Source of the DNA: Leucoraja erinacea
Taxonomy: Eukaryota
NCBI RefSeq assembly: GCF_028641065.1
Contig: NC_073396.1
Location: 4,650,001-4,714,000, forward strand
Direction: 5' to 3'
DNA: 64,000 bases
The position numbers were made by a program, and so were the translations under genes. Positions 19,844 through 33,594 of this stretch are shown in pieces. Numbering within the stretch: position 1 is the stretch's first letter; each line of letters opens with the position of its first letter. Below the pieces are notes generated by a model, which saw only the letters and a list, made by a program, of their open reading frames with translations, did no database searches and was not told the DNA's origin.

Positions 19844-22800
19844 AATTTGGTACGAAACTGATGCCACTCAAAATAATAATGAGCTGCTGGTTTTATCTTA
19901 GTTAGATCAAATATATTAAACTAAATACAATACTCCATTGTTACAAAGGAAGAGAGGTTTCTCAGGATACGATTGAGTGGAAAAATAGTTGTTTTTGGTG
20001 ACGTCCAAGACTAATTCATAACATGATTGAGGTTTTCATTTAATTATGTGAGACCTTGGGGATAGGACACAAAATCCCCCAGTATTAATGTATACCGCAG
20101 GAGAATGAGACCTTACTGTGCACCACAATTGGGAAAATCACTAGGCACTGGGAAATGAAGTCAACAACATTAGTATTCCTGGCACTAGATCATCTCAAAT
20201 TTATAACATGAGATTTCTGGTCCCAAGAAATCCAACGAGAAAAAGGTCAGGGAAGAAGAGTCTCAACCCGAAACGTCACCCATTTCTTCTCTCCAGAGAT
20301 GCTGCCTGGCCCACTGAGTTACTCCAGCATTTTGTGTCTAAGGTCAGGGAAGCTTCAGTGTTAGACTCCCGAAAACCCAATTTTACTTCTGCAAACCCTA
20401 ATCAAAGTTGACCTTCTACAGTACTTGTTTGGGCCGATATATAGTTGGGAGTATGAGTATTTACATTTTATTTATAAAACCTTAACAATGAAAACTTGAA
20501 ATAGCACTAATCATAGATAATCTCAGGTTGATACCTGCTCGGTATATTTTCTAACTAAAGAAAAAAAAAAACAGTTTAACAAGGGACAATTCTGGCAGTC
20601 AAAGACAAACTTGCCTCGGAATGATTTACAAAAGTGAAGGATCACTCACTGTGTCATTATGTTCGGATTAATCTCACCAGCCATTGTGATCTTTGCTTCT
20701 GCATGGTCAGAGTTTGCGGGCACTGGAGTCTACAATAACATGACATCTGAACTTCTGGACTCAAATCCCTGACTGATGAAGATCAACATGCCAAACACCT
20801 CCTTCACCATCCTGTCAAGTCAATTTTTATTCCATGGATGAGGGGCTTTAGTTGCCTGGATAGACTGGAGAAGTTGGAATCATTCTCTTTAGAACTGAAA
20901 AGGTCAATAGGGGATATGAAAAAAACCTTAAAATTACAAAGAGCAGCTGAACGGATGGAGTAGGCTCCTGTTGACCAAAGGGTGAGGAGTGAAAGTGATT
21001 GGCAAAACAACTCATTGTGATATGAGATGATATTTCTACTTTATTGTGCCCCTGGGGTATGGGCAGGGTCTGCAAATGTTTGCTGAGGGTTGTAGTAGTG
21101 GCAGATTCAGTTGTTTCATTCAAGAAGGAACTGACTAAGTAGTAGAAACGATAAATAAAACACCATGCAAAGAGGGATACTGGAATTTGCAAGAAGCTTG
21201 CAACAGTCACTGATTGTACATGTTTTAGCTTGAACCAGTGTAATCTGATTTGCTCACGAATTGAGCTGATCAAGAGTCAAATGTACTGACAATGGAACAA
21301 TTATATTCTTACTTGCAGCAGCATATCAGGACTGTAAACACGATACTCAGACGTATAATAAACAAGAATTCAATAAATCAGACATATTGGTGCAGACACA
21401 TTGGACTGAGTAGCCTCTTTCCACACTATAACCTTCCTGTTATGTTGATAATTGTGATAATTCTTATTGCAATTGCACCATTTAACACTGTGGACCCTCA
21501 TAAAGTCCCAGGAACCATCAGCAGTACGTGCCCAGCCTATGAAACACCACTGCGACTTACATCCCATGTACACATATAGCATACATTCCCATGATTTTCA
21601 GATATCATTTCCTGGAACCAAGATAGCTTTGAATTAAAAACACATGTAATGTTACTCACTGTGAGAATTACATCTTGCACGTCATATGCCATTGGAATTA
21701 TAAACTATTCTAAAAGAAAAAAAAGATGAGAAAATAAATTATCTGCCTAATTCAGTTAACTTTGCCTATTATTAAAAAATAAAGTAGCCTATTGGTGATA
21801 CTCTGAACATTGAGTATTGATACCGTGATCACTTTTATCTTGTTAATGGATCTTCAAATTACAAATATTCCTTTATTAACAATGTTATCAATTTAGGTAA
21901 TTATTCATCTAACTTCTATCATGAAGTATTTTGGAGAGATCTTTTATTGCTGTTGGAAAAAGAATTAAAGGGCTCCATAAGTGTGGAATCAATCTCTCTG
22001 ATGGGCTTATTTCAACTACAGAAGTCTTGTCTTCCAGTATTCTTGAATTCTTGGGACCTTGGTGGACTGACACATTCACTGGATTATTCATAACCCAATC
22101 CACTTTTTAAAAATAAATGTTACATCGTAGTATAATACAATACAAAGCTGGAGTAACTCAGCAGGACAGGAGGCACCTCTAGAGAGAAGGAATGGGTAAC
22201 GTTTCGGGTCGAGACCCTTCTTCACTGTCGCTGGGATTGTTACAGTTACAGATTCCTGACATCTTTCAGCCCTCTTGCTTTCCCATGGAAAGCATAAAAA
22301 GAAATTTCTTTAAGAAAAAGGCAGGTATATTTTAAGACACATAAAGAAAAAGTGCCAAAAGTAACACTGCAATTATTGGTGGGAATGCATCCAATGATGC
22401 AGTTTAAGGTACTTTACTGAAATGTGAAGTTGTTAATCACACTATTCTTCGTTTTACTGCACTCATCAGGATTAACAGACAAAAACAAATCAAGTGCTGG
22501 AATGTACAATAATGACATTGTGTTAAACAGTTTCCTTACACTAAAGTTGTAATGTAAAAAGCTCTAAATATTTGCACATAAATGCTTTTTTTTTGTTTTT
22601 CATCTTTAAATGATTTTCACTCTCCCATTATGACCTGGAGAATCAAGCAGGAAACCTTCTTGACAAAAAAATAATTTTAGGATTTCCTAATGCAGTTTAG
22701 TCAAAAACCGCACTTTAAAATTACACTTTAAAAATGTAATTGCAATAACATTAATAAACAAGTCAATTTACACCCCAACCTTTTACAAAGTATAATCCTA

Positions 22801-23059
22801 TATCATATAATGTAGTCTGATATGGTTGAATGAGAATTCTGTATTCTACAGTATATTAGATATGATCCTAGGTAGCACAAAGAAAGAGGGCTCTTGAAGT
22901 ACATGTCCATGTTTAGCAAGAGGTTTGTTGTAGTGAATAATATATTTAAACTTAAAACTTGATTTTGTATTTTTTACTTCATTCTAAGACGTGCTTTATT
23001 GTGTTCCGTTGATGTTCAAAAAGTATTAAGATCGAACCAAGAAATTCAAATCAGCACAG

Positions 23060-26000
23060 ATATTTAAAGTTCAAATTTTATTGCATGTAACAAAAATGAA
23101 TGTGGCCTTGAGTCCAACATCTACTCAACTACCAGCCATCAAATTCAGTCCATACCTCATTCAATACCATCAATAATAAAAAATACCTCGATTCACAGTT
23201 AAAACAAAGATTTTATACACTGTTCACGACAAAACTGGTGCTAAAAGACTTTAGCAGCAACAATGAAAAAGTTAATACAGCAATAAATTTTCCTCAGATT
23301 AGTTACTAGTTAATAAATATGTGTCAAAACAATTTAATTTGCAAAAGTAAGTTTATTACAGAAAATAAAAAGGACAGATCTCTTACATAAAAGACTGGGT
23401 GTGTTTCAAGAAAGGAGCAAAGCAGCTTTGAACCTTTTGACTATTACAGAGCTTTCACCTTCAGGAGTGCTATCTTTAAAAAAATTATTCCAGAAAAGCC
23501 CACAAAAGTCAGTGTAGAACCTCTAACTCTCATGGGTAACTTCTCTTTATCAGACGATCTTGGTGTGGATATTGTTAACAAACGGCAAGAAAGCTACACA
23601 ACTGCAAGTTATATTGGAAATGGCACTTTTTTGTTCAATATTACAAGGGGAAAGTGAAATAAGGGTTGGCTAAAATTGCATCATCCAATATTTATTAAGC
23701 TATGATTATTGCAGTTATATTTCTGTCATTATATAAATTTAGGAGACACGTTAGAAAACTCTAGGGTTATTATATATTATACAGTAGTTTTCCTTAATCT
23801 GGAATTATATAAGCAAAAATCACTAGATTAATACAGTGAGATGCTGTTGTTATTTGCAATGCTGCATTGCATTGGCCAACCAAAGGATTAAAAATAGCTT
23901 CAAAATAGATGTTAGCATCAATGGACTTTCACCATTGCTTACTTGCATCATACCACTACCTGTCAGGTCCAGTGGCAAACAATGAATCTACCAATATATG
24001 TGTGAGTGATTTACTTGGTCATTGACTGAGCCCACGGACATAGGGTTCTTGCAGAACATAAATCACTCAAAGAAAGGAATTGAAAAGATATTAGGAATCC
24101 ACAGGTGTAAATGAATGTCCCGTCTCCTCAGTTTAGTGATCTTTTACTTGAAATCTGAATTTGGTCCTCTCCCCTCATTTCCTCTTTTAGCTCCACGTAT
24201 ACCATCATTTCACAGAAATAATCATCTAAATAGTCAGGCCGCTACTATTTCGAGAGGTCAAAAAGCAAGCGGTTATTTCAAATGGTGTTACACGCATTCA
24301 AGTCTTACCCCATTCTTCCCTGCCTATCGTTTGCATGTCCTCATAATTTACACTAATCAATGCACTGCAGGAATTTTACGTCATTAAAGAAAAAACAAGC
24401 CCAAATTTAATCAACGGCAGCACTGTTAAATGCTAATTTGGTGGGGTCAGAAGATCTTTCCCAAAATAATTTCTTCGCAGAAATGCAAGAATGGCAGAGA
24501 GGGGAGTATACCCCAAGTATTTCTACAGCACTTCAATAATTTTAAGGGCAGACACACCATCAGCTGAGGTAAATTAATTATGTTTTACTTCCAGTACTCC
24601 ATCAATAAAGCCAACCCTTTAAACTATCACTGGGACAAAAGTGTGGACATGCAATAAGTGCACCAAAATACTGCAATACGCATGAAGCTGGCAACATTCA
24701 CTGATCGTACATATTTTAGCTTCAACCAGTGCAGTCAGATTCAATTCTCAATTAAGATTTGCACGGCAATCATATCTGTCTTCCTTAATGAAGCAACAAA
24801 TTTAGAGCATCAGAGAACGAAGAAAGAGCTATGGCTATTCATTTATAGACAGACTTTACCACATCTTGCTGAGTAATTTTTTTACTCCCTTCAGTTCCAG
24901 TGAGTACATATCACAGATAGGAGCAGAAGAAAACAAAACATACTTGATTCTCCTATTCCTCTCCCACCCTAACCTGGAGAATGATTTCACTGTTTGAAAA
25001 CACAATAACCTCTGTAATGCGTTATACAAAGACTAAACATTAGATATGGTTCTGCAATGGTTGAGAAAATATGCTCTGGAAATTTTTCTAAACAATCCCT
25101 AGATTTTGAAAATCAGCAACTAATAATCTCAATTTTTATATTAATTTTTCAGCACTGATACTGGCAACAGCAGCATTACAGTCACACCAGAATTGAAGAA
25201 CTTCATCCAAAACAGCAACAAATCGGAGTTCAACGAGCAAGATATTTCTATTGCAACAGAGGAATAATTAGCATCTATGAACCTCCTCTCCTCGTTCTAT
25301 TTACCATAAATGTCCCAATTCATCCAATGCATTCATTTGTGCAAAATTTTGGCCTGGTAAAAAGTCTGTAAATGTCTTCTAACCATTGAAGCATTTTTTT
25401 CCATTCTATGTGACTGACAAAATGAGAACTGCATCAGCATAAATTCAGTTTATAAGATTTAAGTTCATTCCTCTGGGCTAAGCCAGAAGAGTGAATTTTA
25501 AAATATAAATATTCCACACCAAATCTTTCCTATCAAACAATAGCATCAGGTCTTCCAAAATACTCATTTAACACACATAAATTTACTGCTTAGAAAAACT
25601 GACCTTATGTATGTTCTGATAATCTCAGACTTCTCCTTAGATGCTGCCTGAACTGCTGTGTGCTACCATTTTTGCTATTATGGGACAAACTAGCTGTTGT
25701 ACTTCCTACAATTGTGGCAAGACCTCAAATATACTGAATTGGCTGCATTTGGGGCACATGCGATTGTGAAATGTGCTATCGAAATGGAAGTTCGACCTGA
25801 ACACTTTGTTGATTTACATCCAAGGTTTATAAATTTCAATTTAGATAGGCTGGTGTTCTTTTGCCATAGGATTAGATGGAAACAAATCCAGGGGGGGGGG
25901 GGGGGGGGGGAAACCCTGAACATACTTCTTTGTAAATATGGTCTTCAATTATCCTCCCATTTTCTAACAGAGATGGTTCTGAAAGGTGCATAGATTTCAT

Positions 26001-29000
26001 AACCTACCCAAACTACTTTGTTCTACAATGCAATTAATCCATTAAAAAAAATTAAGTGGAAACACATTGTATTTTATATGTAAAATCAATATATTAAAAT
26101 GTTTTCTGCCTTTATGATCTTGTTGCATTTATATTTGTCATTCAGTTAAGAATTTGTGTACTGGTGATGTCTTTACTATTTATTTCATTCCGCTTACATG
26201 TTTTTACTCTATTTGCTAAATTTTGTAAGGTGTCCTTGAGACTCTTGAAAGGCGCCCATAAAATAAATGTATTATTATTATTAGTTAGTTAAAAATCAAT
26301 GATTAAAAACATTTCCCCCCCCCCCCCCCTCAATACCCAACTTTACCACCAAATGTTTCTCTGTAGCCAATTGCTATTTAGTTGAAGAATTCCAAACTAA
26401 TTTCCCCTTCTCTGCCAGTTATGTACATAATAGTAACCTGCATTTTAATAACTGTTAATTTGAAGTACTGCAATTATATCTTACTTTTGGAACATTGGAC
26501 AATTAGTGTTTAACGTTAAAGTGCTATAAGATTAAATGTTCAACTCTTTCCTCATCACTGTGGCTTCTGAAAGTAACTTGCCTGACCAGCTAATATTGAC
26601 CGAACAAAGTATCACCATCCTGGATTCATCTTATGCTGCAGAATTATAATTTTACTCTACAATGTAAAGGCTGTTTTGAATATATGTATTATGTTTCACA
26701 AAATATTTCAGAATTATAATCCTTGAATTCTGTTCTCTTTTGAAACTGCTGATTTTTCTTCTAAAACTTGCAACACATAAGTTCCTGCAGTCACTTTGTT
26801 TTTTCTGTTGTCCTTGGCTTAGTCCTTTATGGGATTGGGAAAGAAAAGTCATTGTGACGTCTGTGTTCCAAATTTAGAACATCAGAGAAAGAAAGAGCTG
26901 AAAGTTTTTTTCAGAACTTTCTTTCTATCTTACTGCATAACATCCAGAACGCCTGTGCACGCAAGTTTTAAAACTGTAACGTCCGTGCATTTGCAAGATA
27001 TAATATCCTAAAACTGCAAGGAAATACATGGTTTTGCATTTTTACACAACAAAATTGACATTACAATTGAAACTGCGCAGAAATCTCAGCTGCTGGAATG
27101 CGGTGACATAAAATTAGCATTTAGTCTGTTTAATCCCATAGAATTAAAATGTTTTCCAAAGTTAGTGGTAAAAACAACAATATTCTTTGCAGCACAACTT
27201 TGAAACCAGTAAATGCCAATTTCACATTATCCAAATATTTCTTAAGTAATCAAGTGACCAAGTTAAAAAAAAACCCTAACATTCAGTATCAATTTCAAAA
27301 TTCAATTGAAAACCACAATTCCAGCTCTGATTTGAAACGCTTCCTTTATCGTCAAACGCACGTCTTTTGCTTTGGGATTTGTACGGAAGGGAATCTTACT
27401 GGCAACGTGCAACTTAACACGCCCAATTTGTAAAATTAATTTTAGTGATCAGTGATCATCTGTACATCAAACAATCAGGTACCTACTGAGTCAAAGGGTT
27501 ATATAAAGAAAATTAATCAATTTGCAAAGAACACAGTAACCACTCATATGACATTATTTCATGGTGCTGCTAATTCAAGCAAAAAGGCAGAGAATTGTTC
27601 TAGATATCTCTCTAGGATTTACTAGAGTTAGCAGTAAAAAATTCATAACGTGTACTTTATAAATTTAGTGTCAGGTTACGTCAATGTAATAGTTACAAAA
27701 AATAATAATCAAGGAATAATATTTGGAAAGGACTTTAAATTATATCATGGACCCATAAATTAGGGAGAACTTTAGATATAAAAACTGCTTAAATACAGTG
27801 CATTAATAAATGTAGAAGTAAATCTCTCTGATGTCTAATAGCACGAGACAACATATTGTTGACAAGCACTCAACTTTTATATGCAATCAGCATTGAAATA
27901 TTATGAAAATGTAATTCTTTTGTCATATCAGTGAAATTGAAATCCCCTTTCTAGGCTATAAAATATAACTCTCCCCAAACCTTCTCCACACACTTTGCCA
28001 AACTGTAGTATCCGAGACTGAGATTTCAGTTCTGCTTCAATAATATTGAAAATAAAATCCAATGTTTTAGACAAATAAATTGATTTCTATGCTACATTGA
28101 TTAAAGATTTGAATTGGTTGGTCACTGTGTAAAATCAATGAGTGCAATATGCTTTTAATTTTTTCTTGAATTTATGCAAGATTTATTAGGTTCAGTGAGA
28201 CTGCAATGAGTTGAAAGCTGTGATTTTTGTAGAACACAGGGATTTTGTTTAATCCCAGATTATAAAATAAAAATTGTTTCTTCAAAATGAATCTTTAGAG
28301 CAGGTGTCTAAACTTTTCAGTAGTGATCAACAGCGACATAGAAAAAGCACTAATAAGTAGATTTGATTTTGTTCAAATCCTTAACATGGAATTAAAACAG
28401 ACATGATATTGGTCACAATTCCTTTAGTTACCCGATGTAAAAATGAATTCATTTCTACGAGTGTTTACACCATTGTTGTTATCAAACTATTTTGATTTAT
28501 AGCCACACAATATTAGCTTGAAATCTACACAATTTAAGGTCATCAAATACAAGAAAAAGGAATAAATGTCTCATTTGAAAAGGGGCGGAAGAACATGGAA
28601 TTCAATGTATGGTTTAACAATGTATGGTTTAAACTCATACACGGCTCCCGTTTAAAGTTCCAGAGTCTTCCTTAATGTTGACGGCACTAACACAGTTTAA
28701 ATAATTTCCTTTTTTGCTTATTCATGTCTTCAGAAGCCTTCATGAACTTAATTAAAAATAACCTCAATTCAGCATCCCGAAACAAAAAGGCAAAAACTTT
28801 TCAGCAAATTGTTAAAACATGGATGTAAATATCATGATAATAAAATTTCATAACTTAATATGCTTAGTCTCTTGGAATGGTCTTGCCCGTAAATTGTCAT
28901 GTAAACCAGTTTCACACTTGGCACATTTCTCTAGTTTTCTTGAGATTGGGTGCTTCACGGATGTCTGCTATTATAGGTTCCCAGCTAAGGGAAAGGTGGC

Positions 29001-29991
29001 AAGGGAACAAGGAGATTCAGAGACAAACCCGATTTACAGCAAAGTAAGACTGAGGAGGGAAAAAAAAAAATCACCTCAGCAGCAATGTCTGTCAATTGTC
29101 CTCCATTAACTCTTTCAACGCTGGACTCCGAATGGATCAGTCTTTGAGTACTGAAAGACACTTTCATGTTTCTATACATTCAGCTCATATTTTTAAATTA
29201 ATTCTGTAAAAATTGATGTTTGTTTTATGTGCATTGTGAAGTGGAATTCAAGGAATAAATAGAGGATACCTTACCTCAAGCTGTTCGTAAAACGAACATT
29301 TGAGCATGACTACAATGTTAATTTTGGAGCCAAAACATGACTGCAGTATTAAAGGATTCATCACAATAGAACAAGATTTGTTGTAAATATTCCTAAAAAC
29401 AGTTACCTATCATATTGTTGAGGAATACAATTCTTTTAACAAAATATAGATAAAAATAATCTGATTTGATCAAAACGCACCAAGTACAGTTACTGTCTGC
29501 GCTGAAAGAGTTGATAAAAAAGGAATACTCAAGCTAGAAAATTACCTATTTCTAGTTTAGCATCCAGTATTTTTAAACGTCAGTTTCAGCTTTTGGAAGA
29601 ATGAAACATTTCCGTTGGACCATTTTTATGAGGGTGAATGGTTAAAAGAATATAAGGAAGTGAAATGTGCAAGGATCTGTCATCGTTCACTGTGCAAAGT
29701 TTTTGAAATAAAGTTTCAAGCACACAACTTAAAAATGTATGATACAACTGAAACAGGTCCATTTTTCTGTCTGTCAGTATCTTCTTTACTTGAGCTCCCC
29801 GGTTTCCTCTTTTCGAAATCCTGCTGCCTTTCAGTTTCTGAGCGATCAGCGTCTTTACATCATTCGTAAGTTATAGCACCCGTGTGAGTGAATTGTTAGT
29901 TCTCTCAGTTACACAGTGCGCCACTCATTCTGATGCTTGCAGAAATTCCTTTCTGTAGTGTTCCTAACAGCTTCAAAAGGACTGGCGTACT
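23060..29991 (-). other. SMURF1: Probable long 3' UTR of SMURF1
   Basis: AT-rich, almost free of the repeats that fill neighbouring DNA; minus-strand AATAAA at 23077-23082 and 22995-23000. True end not determinable from sequence. Confidence 0.45.
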
Positions 29992-30123
<132 letters not shown>

Positions 30124-30132
30124 TTAATGAAA

Positions 30133-30315
30133 AAGGAACTGCAGATGTTGGCTTATACCAAAATGGTAGAGTAACTCATCGGGTCAGGCAGCATCTCTGG
30201 AGGAAATGGACAGGTAATGTTTAGGGCTGTGACCCTTCTTCATTCTGACCTGAAACATCTCCTATCTATTCTCTCCAGAGATGCTGCATGACCCATTGAG
30301 ATAGACACACAATGC
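30133..30315. repeat. Inverted pair of Penelope-derived terminal repeats in the last SMURF1 intron
   Basis: gggtcaggcagcatctctggag ... ctccagagatgctgcatgaccc. Confidence 0.7.
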
Positions 30316-30774
30316 TAAACTATGTTAAACACAGTATTGGTTACAGTTGATTTAATTTATCTTCAATTCATTATGTATTTCTGGAAGGCAATTGGGACTG
30401 AAAACAGGCACTGAAAACAAAATCCACTGAATTATCATTCTGTAGTAATTTGACTGAAATAATGTTACAAAATAAATTGATAAAACAAGGTTTATGGGCA
30501 GCATGCCAAGTCAAAAATTTGCAAGTCAAGCAATTCATTATGGCCTCCCAATGAATATTTTCCACTTCATACAACCCTAAAGGAATCTTCGAAGAGATTA
30601 CAAATAGATTTCCAAAGCATTCTATTAATATATTGAGCATGTTGGATAAGCAGGAAATGCACTTTATACAATTAATTAACTGGCAGAAGGCCAGAATTTG
30701 TAAACTACGGTCTTGAGGATTCCATATTTGACCATAGAGTGAATGCTCTCCGTTTTTATAAAAGTAAAACTCAC

Positions 30775-30859
30775 CATGTATGTGCTTTGGGAAGGTTTTC
30801 TGTGTTGGCATCAATCAAATGGATGGTGAAAAGCCTTGGGCCTGCAGCACCTGTAGAAC
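30775..30859 (-). CDS. SMURF1: SMURF1 exon (HECT: GSTGAAGPRLFTIHLIDANTENLPKAHT)
   Basis: 85 bp, aag / gtgagt; catalytic Cys codon split TG|T by the last intron; an alternative in-frame acceptor lies 9 nt inside. Confidence 0.93.
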
Positions 30860-31771
30860 CTTACAAGTACAAAATCTAGTTAAACCATACAGCAAGTATA
30901 AAACATTTTAACGTTTAACTTCTAAGAGACTATCAATGGGAACATGCAAAGCAATTGAATCACTTCAAAAGTTATCCACTCTGCATCTATCGAAATGAAA
31001 AATACAAAGTGAATATATAATGTGGAAGTAGATTACAATGAAAACAATGATCATTTTATTTCTTCACAAATACCATAAAAAGTAATAAACAAAGATGATG
31101 GTATTGATGACCAACGCAAACACAAATACTGCGGGATACTATAGGGTAGACAGTCAAATTCTCTTTCCCGGATGGAAATATTAAATAGTAGAGAACATAG
31201 CTTTAAGGTGAAAATGGCAAAGTTTAAAGGAGAAGTGCCGATCAAGTTGTCTTTTACACAGAGGGTGGTGAGTGCATGGAACACACTGTTGGGGGCAGTG
31301 GGGAGGTAGATAGGTTAGTGGCATTTAAGAGTTGGTCTTGGCATCATATTCAGTACAGACACAGTGGGCCGAAGGGACTGTTCCTGTGCTGTCCTGTTCT
31401 ATGTGCGATCTATTTTTGGCAGGTAGCCCAATATCAATAGTACAAAAAGGCCAGTGCCCAGCCTATGGGAACATAGTGGGGGGGGGGGAAATATATGATA
31501 TTCCAAATCAGTGGTGAGTGTTGCTAAGCTGCTCCACACTGCTTAAGCAAATCAGTTTTCATTTTAAACATTTTATCTTTGTTTTCCCGAATCAATATCT
31601 CATTAGTAACATTGGGATTGCAGCAAATACAAATAGATGGCCCGAAATAATGAAACAATTTCCACAAACCGTCATTTTTATAGTTCAGAGTTTATAATGG
31701 AAATGCCTTCCACCTACACAGCAATATATAATCAACCCATTTTAGTAAAGTATGATCCATCTGATAATCAC

Positions 31772-31973
31772 CTTGTAGTGCCTTGAATCCCTGCAGAGGT
31801 ACTCTGGAAGAACCAGTTACAAACTGAAGTAGTCGTGCTCTTCGCTCCTCATCAAACATCTCCACCGTTTGCCAGAACCACTTCACAATGTTGCTGTCAG
31901 ACGTGCAATGCTTTAAACGTGTGTTAGCTTTCCAGTCCTTTATGTCAATCTTCCCCAACCCACCAATAATAAG
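31772..31973 (-). CDS. SMURF1: SMURF1 exon (HECT: LIIGGLGKID...LLQFVTGSSRVPLQGFKALQ)
   Basis: 202 bp, tag / gtgatt. Confidence 0.95.
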
Positions 31974-32521
31974 CTACAGGAAAGAAAAACAATCAGATGC
32001 AGAGATTCTACCAACATAGATGGTTATCCATGTTTCAAAAATGATTACCAATGCTACTACATACAAACATATATGCACAAATTGTTAACAAATCTTAGTT
32101 GACATAACTACTTCAAATGTATCAGCACTGAGATATTTTTTAAAATTATGTAAAGAAAATAAAAACGACAAATATTGTAATCATGGACAGTCTTTCCATC
32201 GAGTAGATGGTAAGCAACAAAAAAAGCTTTTCACTGTACCTCAGTACACATGACAATAAAATAAAGAGAAACAGACAATGTAGGAAACACTCAGAACTAT
32301 CCAGGATGAGAAACAAAAGAAATACAAGTTAGTTTTCAGTCGGAAAAGAGGAAAAAAATTTGAAAAGTGACATGTATTTCTCTTTTTTCATGTTCCAGTC
32401 CGGGTCCAAAACATGAACTGCTTTTCTGTCCCCAAATATTACTTGACCTGTTGAGGGTTTCCAACATATCAGTTCCTAATTATGTTAACCTGCCACAGTA
32501 TTTTAAAACTGTCAGTGCTTT

Positions 32522-32935
32522 CATAGAATCATAGAAAGTAGGTGCGAGAGTAGACCACCAGGTCCATCGAGCCCGCACCGCCATTCGCTCATGGCTGAAC
32601 ACTAAACAGACACACTTACCCACAAACAGTAGACACAAGACACAGAACACAAGACACTACCCTCCCCTTTTTACCGCTATCACCCCTCTCCACCCCAAGA
32701 ACCTCGTGATCTCCTGGGGGAGGCAAAAAACCGGATAAAAACCCAGGTCCAATTCGGGAAAAAAAATCCGGGAAATTCCTCTCCGACCCCAATCCAGGCG
32801 ATCGACACTTGTCCAGGAGATCACTCAGGTCTTACTATACTAACCATACCTAGGTCCATATCCCTGCCCTCTCCCCGTAGCCCCTTATCCCCTTGGCAGC
32901 TAAAAAACCCCTTGGCAGCTAAAAAACCATCTATT
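32522..32935 (-). mobile_element. CR1/L2-type LINE 3' UTR of a distinct family
   Basis: catagaatcatagaa tail, aggtccatcgagcc stem, GC-richer than the intron; 21 bp tandem duplication at the truncation point (32889-32929). Confidence 0.6.
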
Positions 32936-33473
32936 GGTTGAATCTAGGCAGTTTTGAAGTGCATGGTGTTTGGAATTATATATTTAAACTGCAAAGAACT
33001 TTTAAAAGCGGTGCCGAGAGACTATGAACAACGAGGAAGGAGCATCTTGAATATTAAATTTGCCGAGCAAGTTCACAATATTCAGTGTGCAAATAACTGG
33101 CTATCCAATTTAATTTATGAGTTGAAATTGAGCGAGTATTAGAAGTAGAGGGAAGCATATGGATGCTATGGGAATATGTGCAGATTTTTCTAGTTCATTG
33201 CTAACATTCTTTATCCATTCTTTACTGGCTTCCAGGCCTTGTATCTTCTCAACATCTACCCGAATACTCCAATCTTACAGAACTTTCCTGTGTTCTCCAA
33301 CTTTTACAATGGAAAGTAAAACTAATCATAATTTTTTTTGGTTTCTGCACTATTAATCACAAAAAAGTAGCAGGTTGATTAAAAAGAAGAGGGATGGCAG
33401 TTGGGAACAATTAAACAGTTTGGTCACCAATTAAATGTAGTTACATCTTCATTCATTTGAAAAAAATTGTTAC

Positions 33474-33594
33474 CTCAATTTCTTTCTGATCAAAAGGTTT
33501 AAGGAGATGCTGTGGAATAAGCTCATTAAATCCCTTCTGCAGAGCCAGAAACTGTGCCTCAATTCCTCTCATAAATCTCCAGTTCACGTAAAGC
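33474..33594 (-). CDS. SMURF1: SMURF1 exon (HECT: LYVNWRFMRGIEAQFLALQKGFNELIPQHLLKPFDQKEIE)
   Basis: 121 bp, cag / gtaaca. Confidence 0.95.

Noticed and set aside
30371-30814. 147-aa minus ORF
   Set aside because: Out-of-frame overlap of a SMURF1 exon running into intron; no recognisable protein.
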